Source: a virus
Virus record (IMG/VR): IMGVR_UViG_3300044966_000489
Strand: one strand, 5' to 3'
DNA length: 64,000 nt
Shown here: piece by piece, positions 57,901-64,000 of the stretch
Layout of the letters: each line of letters starts with the position of its first letter
Numbering within the stretch: the first letter of the stretch is position 1
Made by a program: the position numbers and the translations under genes
Notes under the pieces: model-generated
The model's database searches: none
The model's input: the letters and a program-made list of their open reading frames with translations, nothing else
What the model was told of the DNA's origin: nothing

Positions 57901-60900
57901 TACATCAAGCAATTTAAAAGCACTAGATCCCCTTTGAGCAGCATTTCCAGCAACGTTAGTTTGTCTAAATTCTGAAACTAATTCAGAAATATTATCAAAA
58001 AGTTCAGAAACCCCCGCTTTACCAGTGGAACTCAAAGCTTGTGCGCCACCAGCAAAAGAAAGTCTTTGATTTAGCTCCAAAGACTGTTTTTGATATTCTC
58101 TTTGGGCTTCTTGAATTTGAATATCTATATCGCCTTGAGCTTTTATTTCGGCGAGAGTATTTTGAAACTCTCCAAAAGATACTTCAAGAGTTTGCACAAG
58201 AACATCTCTTTCTTCTGGCTTGAATTGAGAAAATCCTCTTATGTTATTTATTAAATTTGTTTGTATATCTCCTATATTACCACCAGAATTTATTTGTTTT
58301 AATGATTCAGCAATTAAAGGAGTTAATTTCTGAATTTGATTTTGGAAGACGGCTCTTTCTTGTTGAATAGCATTTTCAGACTTGGCACCCTCAATAGCAG
58401 GAATAACTTTTGATCTAGCTTCTTCTGATTTTTTAATTATCGTATTTGAGAAAGAATCTAAAAGTTTATTAGAAGCCTCTTGAATTTTAGAATTTTGTCT
58501 AGAAGTTATCTCATTTAGATCTAATTGATTTTGGATGTCCGATTTTGAAGACTCGCTAATAAATGGAGTAGCTGATTCTAAAAGACCTTTAACTCTAGCT
58601 CTTTGGATTGAAACCGCGCCTTCTGCTTGAATTTTATTTATCTCTCTAATAGTTTGAGCGCGATTTTTTTCTATATCAATTTGATTAGAGATTTGAAGAT
58701 TGATGCTATTGTATTGAGAATTTAAAGATTTAAGAACTTCTTCATTTTCTTTAAGTCTCTTAGTGTTTTCTGCTAAAATTTCTCCAAGGTTTTTCGATCT
58801 TTTGGCGAAATCAAAAACGTCTATTCCTGCTTTTTTGAGCGAGTCGAATAAAGAACTTAATGCTACAGTATCAAATTCAGCAAAAGCTTTGTCAAGCTGA
58901 TCAATTATTTCTTCAGGAATAACTGTATTCTGTTTTAACTGAGCTTTTATATTTTCTACGCTCTCTTTATTAACCATTGGTTGTGCGCCTATGCGGGAAC
59001 CATAAGGCCCAATAGTCTCTTGACTATAAATAATTGCTTGAGATTTTAAAGAATCAATAAATTTAGAAAAGTCTGCTGCGGCATTTTCTCCAGTAAATTT
59101 TTTAGTTATATCTTCTGATCTAATAGAAGAGGTGAATAATCTATTAAACACTTCTTGATCTTTTGGCTTTAAACTACTTCTACCCAAAAAAGAAGATTGC
59201 TTTTCAATAAATTGCGTGATAGCTAATTGTCGCTCTAAATTCTTTTGCGTATTGGCCATTTCTTTATTTACTTCACCAATAGCTTCAGTAACCTTACTTA
59301 TCTCCGTCCCTGCGGCTAACACTTTACTTCTGAACTGTTCAGGAATACTATTTAAAGCTTCTGTTAAATTATTTTGAAACTTTAATAGTGCTTCAGGCTT
59401 TGTCTTAGGATCATTTAAAGCGTTTTGTAAACCTTCTAAAGAAGTAGAGTAATTTTGAGCGGCACCAGAAAACTCAGCAGATCTTTCTTTTGTCTCTCCC
59501 AAAGATTTATTAATTTTATCAATAGCCTCTTCAGCTTTGGCATCTTTTAATTTAATAAGAGCAGATCCAGCTCCTAAAATTACTCCTGCTATTGCTCCGT
59601 AAGGGCCAAACTGTGCCCCTAAGCCAGCAAAAGAAGCTATGTCTCCTAAGCCAGAAGCTGCGGCTCTTCCTGTTTTATTTTCTGGAGATATGAATTGTCC
59701 ACCAATATTTGAAGCTACACTACCAATTAAACCAATTTGAGTGCCAAGCCCTCTAACGTATCTATCTGCTTGCCCTCCAGACGCAAAACTTGCTCTTGAA
59801 AATACAGGAGCTTGAGCCTGTCTTATATTTTCTTGCGCTTGTCTTCGTCCTTCTCTAGCAGCAGATAATTCTTCTCTTGCTTTTTTTCTTAGTTCAGATT
59901 GTTGTTTTCTTAACTCTTCTAATCTAGCTACTTGTTCTGGAGACGCAGCAACAGGAGAGCTTGTAACAATACCAAATTGATCTCTAGTTGTTTTCCCTAC
60001 TAAAGGACCAGTAGCAGTGCCTTGAAGCTTTAAAGTCGTTTTATTTACATTTGTAAATGTTCTTTCAATCTCATCGGATATTGCTTTTTGACTCTTTTTG
60101 AAGTCTTTTGGTATTTGTCCTATCTGTTGAGAATAAGAAGCGGCAGCAGAAGCATTTGATTTAATTAAAGTATCAGAACTACCTTTTAAAGTTCTAAGGC
60201 TTCCTGCAACTTCTTTTAAAGCAGTACTAAGAGTTCCAAAAGCAGCAATTAATATAAAAGCATCTGCGCCCCCAAACTCAGCAAAATTAGGAATATGTCC
60301 TCTTGCAGACATTCCTTTTGTCTTAGGGTCTATTCCAGCTTTCTCTGCCAAGCCAATTCCATTATTAAGAGATCCTTCTGTAGAATTATAAACACCCAAT
60401 CCCATTGGATTGAAGCTAGTCTTTAATTTATCGCTTCTACCTAATCTAACCTGAGAAGCAGAATATCCAGCAGACATCTCTCTATTCATTGCCTCCATAA
60501 CTGGATTAAAATTAGGAATATAACCTGAAGCAAATCTAAAATCATCTTCGTATCCGAGACTACCTAAAGAAGATTTTCTCTTAGAAGCTAGGCCGCTTCC
60601 TAGATTAAACATTCCTGTATCAACTATACTAACTTTACCACCTTTAGTAAAAATAGAGCTTAAAATTCTGTCAATTTGAGCTTCTGCATCTTTGTTGTCT
60701 TTTGATTCAATAGACTTTAGTAATTTCTCATAATTTCTTCTAGAAATCTTCGACAAGATACCTTCAGCTACTTGATTATACATCATATTGCCAAGGTTTT
60801 GAGTTAAATCAACTGCCTCCATTCTACCTCCTGCATTAATTTGAGAAGTAGCTCTGTCGGCTATGATTTCTGCGAGTTGGACAAATCCTCTTCTTTCTCC

Positions 60901-63900
60901 AGTATATTCGTCTAAATTTTCAGAAATTTCTTGTGCTGTTTTTCCAGAAAAAATCTCTTTATAAATAGCACTCTTTTGTATAGCTTTTGACAATGCTCCG
61001 TAAATCTTAGGAGTTTCAAAAATTGGGTTTAATTGTTCTGCATCAATCATCTGGCCAAGTTCTTGTGAAGCTAAGTATTCATTTGCTACATTAGATTTTG
61101 TAGATGATTCGTTATCTGGGAATTGTTTTACTCCTAGATTTCCTCTTAATGCAGAAAATGTTCCAAAAAATCCGGGTTTTCCTAATTGCATTCTAGCAAA
61201 GTTAGGAATATGACCCGATGAATAATTAGATACGAAATCTCTAAACTTTGAAGCTTTGCCCTCATCAATAATAGATTTGTTTTGCTTATAAGTAGAAATG
61301 ATGAAGTTCATCAACTCGGGAGTCAGAGAACCTTGAATTTCTTTTAAATAAGAACCCACTTGCTCTGCGTTAGCTGCCCAAACGCTTGCCATTGATTTAG
61401 CATGAGCTTCTCCTTCTGTTCTATTAACTTGGTGAGCGGCTTCATGAAAAACAGTATCTAATATTTCTCTAGAATAGATGTCTCTAAATTTACCAACTGA
61501 TTTTATTTTCTTTCCTTGTTTAGCTTTTTCTTGAGAAATCTTTCTAATTCTATCTATAACTGTCTCTACATGAGCAAATGGTTCAACTATAGATTTCGTA
61601 CCTACTTCTTTTGATGAAGCAGTATTTAAACCCATCCAATTAGCTCCAACAGCTAAACCTCTAAATGAAGCATTAGCCATTCTTGGATCAAAAATCTCAG
61701 AAGCCTGTCCAATTGTTTGTTCAAAAACGCTTTTTAAAGCAGCACCAAAATTTTGGAATTTAGGATTTCCAGCAATACTCTCCATTGTTCCTTTAGGCAA
61801 AGAAGAAGAAACATCAAGAAGCTCAAGATCAGAACCCATTTGATAAGAAGGGACATTCCTAACGCTATCTTCTTGAGCGCGTTTTAATTGTGCAGCTAAA
61901 TCCTGTACGGCAGATTTTGCCATTTTGCCTAATGGCCCTCTTAACTCAGTTCTGTCAGTATTCCAAGGATAATTTGGATCACCTGCACCAACATTACTCC
62001 TAACATTAAACATTAAACTTTTAGGAATATAGTCTACTCCTTCTACTTTATAGTTAGCATACTTCATTCCCTCTGACAGCATGGGAATCTGAGCGTATCC
62101 ATAAGTTTTTTGAGGATCTCCTTGAGGATCAAACAATATATCTACTTCTCCACCTTCTGCCGTTAAAGTTCTTTGTACTGAAGATTTACTAGGATCAAAT
62201 TTAGAAAAATAATATTTTCTATAGCTAGGATCTTCATTTCTAGTATTAATTGTTTGCCTCAATAAACCAGAAGAAGCAGTAGTAAATTTAAATGGAAGTT
62301 CTGCTACTTTTCCTGCTCTATTCTCTAAATAACTTCCATAAGATATATAACCCTCTTTAGAAGGAGAAGCAGCGAAAGTGGTTCCCATTATTGGAGTATT
62401 CTTTTTTTCTGGATTGACTTCTCTCCAAAACATTTTTAACCCATCAAAATTTAAATCACCTCTTGGTTGATTAAAAAGAGTTTCATCTAAACTTATTTTG
62501 CCCTTTTGTATGAAATTATTCCATCCTTCTGGGGTTCCAGAAACAATTGTTCTTATCTTTCTACCATTTATTTCTTTTATAGTATCAAGAAGGAACTTCT
62601 TGGAACCCATGAAAATAGAAGCTTTTCCCATTCCAAATCCAGATAATCCTTTATTACCTCCTTCATTTCCTGTTTGAGCATATGGTAAAAATTTAGTGAA
62701 TACATCTTCTGGAGACATTCCAGTGCCAACATCACTAATTGCAAACTCATTTGGCTTTCCATATCCGCTTACTCCAATGAAAACTCCCTTTTCTTGTCCT
62801 GATTGACCGTGAGCGACAGCGTTTTGCAAAGACTCTCTAAATACTGTTTCGGGATTAATATCCATTTGTGCTAAATTAATTCCCATTAATCTAGCAGTAT
62901 TTACTGTTTGAAAGTCTTTTTGAGCAAAATTTGGTATAAAACCTTTTGAAAATCCAGTACTAAGTTGACTTACCTTTTTTTCTTGAGCCTTAAAATGCTC
63001 TGCCATTTGTAGGCCGAATTTCTTCTTAACTTTACCAATAAACGATCTTACAGCATCATCATTATTTCTTAATTTATAATCTCCATATTGATCTCCAAAT
63101 CCGGGGAAAAACTGTCTTACATTTCCAATATTTCCCCCAATTACGTCAAAATCTCCAACACCACCACCAGATTGATCTCTTGTGTAATTAGCGGCTAAAT
63201 TAGTAGAAGCTTCAAAAATAGTACCAGCAAGAACAGAATAATTTTTACCTGCCTTATTAAAAAATTCATCAACAGAAGCATCCGAATATTCTCCGGGTCT
63301 AATATAATTAGCAATTTGTTTTGTTGTTCTGCGAGAGAAATCTGCTGTTTGTGTAATTAGATTAGTTTTTTCTTCGTTTTGAGAAGACGAATTTAAAGCA
63401 TAAGATTTAATCTTAAAAGCTCTTCCGTCTTCTTTTCTCTTAGTTAATATTTCTTCGGTCTTTTCATCTGCAAATAGTTCCTTATTTTTTGCATCTAAAT
63501 CAAATACAAGCATTGAAGCAGGAGGAACATAAGGATCATAAACTTGCTTAATTCCTTCTTTGATATTTTCTTGACCTGCTATTTTCTTTCCGGGTGCAAA
63601 GTCGCGTCTAATAGCGTTTAAATCTGATATAGCTCCAGATTTCCATCTTGGATCATCTTTTAAAAGACTATCTGGAACATACTTTCTAATGTCTCCATAA
63701 GTAGCCCCTCTTCTCACAAATGTATTTAAATCATTTGCAGTAAAAGCAGAACCATCAGTTTTATAAAAACCTTTATCTTGACTCCAAGCTGCCGATGTTC
63801 CAGTTGTAATTTGAGAAAGAGAAACGGGAGCAGATAGACCAGACCCAAGCCACCAATCATTATCTCCATAAGAAGGATTGGTTAAAGGTTTTGGAGCAAA

Positions 63901-64000
63901 ATTAGGAATGAATCCTTTAGCCATGTAAGGATTAATTCCATTTTTAGCCATGGATTTTGAAGCTAATTGAGTTGCTGCGCGAGATCCTTGAGGAGGAAGA
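54925..64000 (-). CDS. Giant tape measure protein with embedded enzyme-like cargo domains (5' end outside window)
   Basis: Frame stays open from 63951 to 64000 (LPPQGSRAATQLASKSM); long helical Ala/Gln/Lys/Glu core, Gly-rich hydrophobic segments, C-terminal GG..G..D.VPAM..GEYV and E.R.GG.L motifs typical of TMPs. Confidence 0.85.
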   Translation of the reverse strand, partial: LPPQGSRAATQLASKSMAKNGINPYMAKGFIPNFAPKPLTNPSYGDNDWWLGSGLSAPVSLSQITTGTSAAWSQDKGFYKTDGSAFTANDLNTFVRRGATYGDIRKYVPDSLLKDDPRWKSGAISDLNAIRRDFAPGKKIAGQENIKEGIKQVYDPYVPPASMLVFDLDAKNKELFADEKTEEILTKRKEDGRAFKIKSYALNSSSQNEEKTNLITQTADFSRRTTKQIANYIRPGEYSDASVDEFFNKAGKNYSVLAGTIFEASTNLAANYTRDQSGGGVGDFDVIGGNIGNVRQFFPGFGDQYGDYKLRNNDDAVRSFIGKVKKKFGLQMAEHFKAQEKKVSQLSTGFSKGFIPNFAQKDFQTVNTARLMGINLAQMDINPETVFRESLQNAVAHGQSGQEKGVFIGVSGYGKPNEFAISDVGTGMSPEDVFTKFLPYAQTGNEGGNKGLSGFGMGKASIFMGSKKFLLDTIKEINGRKIRTIVSGTPEGWNNFIQKGKISLDETLFNQPRGDLNFDGLKMFWREVNPEKKNTPIMGTTFAASPSKEGYISYGSYLENRAGKVAELPFKFTTASSGLLRQTINTRNEDPSYRKYYFSKFDPSKSSVQRTLTAEGGEVDILFDPQGDPQKTYGYAQIPMLSEGMKYANYKVEGVDYIPKSLMFNVRSNVGAGDPNYPWNTDRTELRGPLGKMAKSAVQDLAAQLKRAQEDSVRNVPSYQMGSDLELLDVSSSLPKGTMESIAGNPKFQNFGAALKSVFEQTIGQASEIFDPRMANASFRGLAVGANWMGLNTASSKEVGTKSIVEPFAHVETVIDRIRKISQEKAKQGKKIKSVGKFRDIYSREILDTVFHEAAHQVNRTEGEAHAKSMASVWAANAEQVGSYLKEIQGSLTPELMNFIISTYKQNKSIIDEGKASKFRDFVSNYSSGHIPNFARMQLGKPGFFGTFSALRGNLGVKQFPDNESSTKSNVANEYLASQELGQMIDAEQLNPIFETPKIYGALSKAIQKSAIYKEIFSGKTAQEISENLDEYTGERRGFVQLAEIIADRATSQINAGGRMEAVDLTQNLGNMMYNQVAEGILSKISRRNYEKLLKSIESKDNKDAEAQIDRILSSIFTKGGKVSIVDTGMFNLGSGLASKRKSSLGSLGYEDDFRFASGYIPNFNPVMEAMNREMSAGYSASQVRLGRSDKLKTSFNPMGLGVYNSTEGSLNNGIGLAEKAGIDPKTKGMSARGHIPNFAEFGGADAFILIAAFGTLSTALKEVAGSLRTLKGSSDTLIKSNASAAASYSQQIGQIPKDFKKSQKAISDEIERTFTNVNKTTLKLQGTATGPLVGKTTRDQFGIVTSSPVAASPEQVARLEELRKQQSELRKKAREELSAAREGRRQAQENIRQAQAPVFSRASFASGGQADRYVRGLGTQIGLIGSVASNIGGQFISPENKTGRAAASGLGDIASFAGLGAQFGPYGAIAGVILGAGSALIKLKDAKAEEAIDKINKSLGETKERSAEFSGAAQNYSTSLEGLQNALNDPKTKPEALLKFQNNLTEALNSIPEQFRSKVLAAGTEISKVTEAIGEVNKEMANTQKNLERQLAITQFIEKQSSFLGRSSLKPKDQEVFNRLFTSSIRSEDITKKFTGENAAADFSKFIDSLKSQAIIYSQETIGPYGSRIGAQPMVNKESVENIKAQLKQNTVIPEEIIDQLDKAFAEFDTVALSSLFDSLKKAGIDVFDFAKRSKNLGEILAENTKRLKENEEVLKSLNSQYNSINLQISNQIDIEKNRAQTIREINKIQAEGAVSIQRARVKGLLESATPFISESSKSDIQNQLDLNEITSRQNSKIQEASNKLLDSFSNTIIKKSEEARSKVIPAIEGAKSENAIQQERAVFQNQIQKLTPLIAESLKQINSGGNIGDIQTNLINNIRGFSQFKPEERDVLVQTLEVSFGEFQNTLAEIKAQGDIDIQIQEAQREYQKQSLELNQRLSFAGGAQALSSTGKAGVSELFDNISELVSEFRQTNVAGNAAQRGSSAFKLLDVLTNQLQLNRSIGQPSGFIGPSASGSAFNNQVSSDLNPLVGTAIAGRVQQIRESVDLARRVTEIQMGKPTAGTALGTAFDQAKEGAVKTALDQITSQFKLENMGNYLDVLQQEARFLNDLTQDQNSILEKTLPTTINENFNRVITEQVGSKLDSLTTSLQGVINKLGVATKRNALESEMFNKLPADVSPADRQAILNRIAASQNLRDTEGSISMQTNNAEAGIRLAREKEIKKLQDYFKSFDLVTVTGAEGAFTEAYKNLIGDPSKVSRDDYGNITGGVSYGKGYYGTGTSRETINNAVVLQEDLGSSYEDQLRNQKRLEQLIASREKSIGRPEINLSGTYKGLTQDINRDFKVSMAEETVKSIKSAQEELRRLDSASPLMSVGNKSTAPSLQDIIDKYGLADQGGAKRNLPTQLAQGRANLDSINNLLLARLENDKQLVDLNEKVNNLLKEDLNDTKKREDLIKLQTELRKKTLEQEGKVAEELYNLYYKGSFGETFFKDERAAFANARIENEARQGRVAIGAITEKNTTYNRADFARDTGQLIDTFQTDFKSGIASAFGEAIKGTKTLKDAFRDMFQGILNRMLDKSLEMGVDALFAFGKAATGRKDGGLIRGYNSGGMVVGGSGMKDDVPAMMSGGEYVIKKSSVKKYGSDYLRALNGGLVPKYAVGGFSMGPLQNEFLYDNPDRPTSGEFAVDSRLSAAALTDENNPQNRLRQDRYEKLDQYLQDRSQYEKDKQQAIKNYKNQVNSTFYSGLTAAAVQLGAAGLTVGAANMRTNAATSAARGLEPGGNLTQAQLNAQYARNLRSNGGYIARFAGGGSTGKDNIPALLMGGEYVMNKKAVDMYGRDFMNQLNTGTLPKYASGGMVGTSYTAGQNTPESSVTELVAALNTLNENLSKGNDITQAESGKISAAGANQESGMSVVNNISINVAQSGEVTSEANATTQNGGSNTNKDQNNIQNNAKLAELLRSKVVEVLVEQKRPGGLLYASR
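60280..63915 (-). repeat. Five dispersed G[FHY]IPNF[AN] peptide repeats in the TMP
   Basis: 63895-63915 GFIPNFA, 62923-62943 GFIPNFA, 61195-61215 GHIPNFA, 60505-60525 GYIPNFN, 60280-60300 GHIPNFA. Confidence 0.9.

Larger units (their letters stand above)
1..64000. mobile_element. Segment of a large tailed dsDNA bacteriophage genome
   Basis: Lambda-like tail tip genes, tape measure protein, phage-type replication and nucleotide metabolism genes, dense overlapping ORFs; no ribosomal or cellular housekeeping operons; no integrase in the window. Confidence 0.95.

Noticed and set aside
895-62762. Numerous short alternative-frame or antisense ORFs in the track (e.g. 895-1218, 20417-20707, 30228-30707, 45415-45867)
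   Set aside because: They overlap well-supported genes and carry no recognisable motifs

Overview
This is a 64-kb segment of a large, AT-rich dsDNA tailed phage (Caudoviricetes); the host cannot be identified from the sequence. From left to right it holds four blocks. (1) A partial Hsp20 gene with a sigma54-type promoter, nucleotide-metabolism genes (dUTPase, dCMP deaminase, dNMP kinase, class II RNR), a phage sigma factor, and a promoter-driven, hairpin-rich ~400-nt non-coding interval. (2) A ~12-kb island of about 8 glycosyltransferases, about 7 SAM methyltransferases and GDP-mannose 4,6-dehydratase. (3) A replication/recombination block: RecA, DnaB, primase, nucleases, and a DnaE-type polymerase split into PHP / DEDDh exonuclease / catalytic genes. 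(4) A lambda-like tail-tip module (M, L, K, K', I, J), flanked by IPT/LamG fibre and tube-like genes and a >3000-aa tape measure protein (TMP) that runs off the window end. The most striking observation is in the TMP: it carries a string of enzyme-like cargo modules (PD-(D/E)xK-like nuclease, GHKL ATPase plus HExxH, protein-kinase-like), each bounded by a repeated G[FHY]IPNF motif. This suggests an injected, proteolytically processed effector polyprotein. All calls come from reading motifs by eye; no searches were run.
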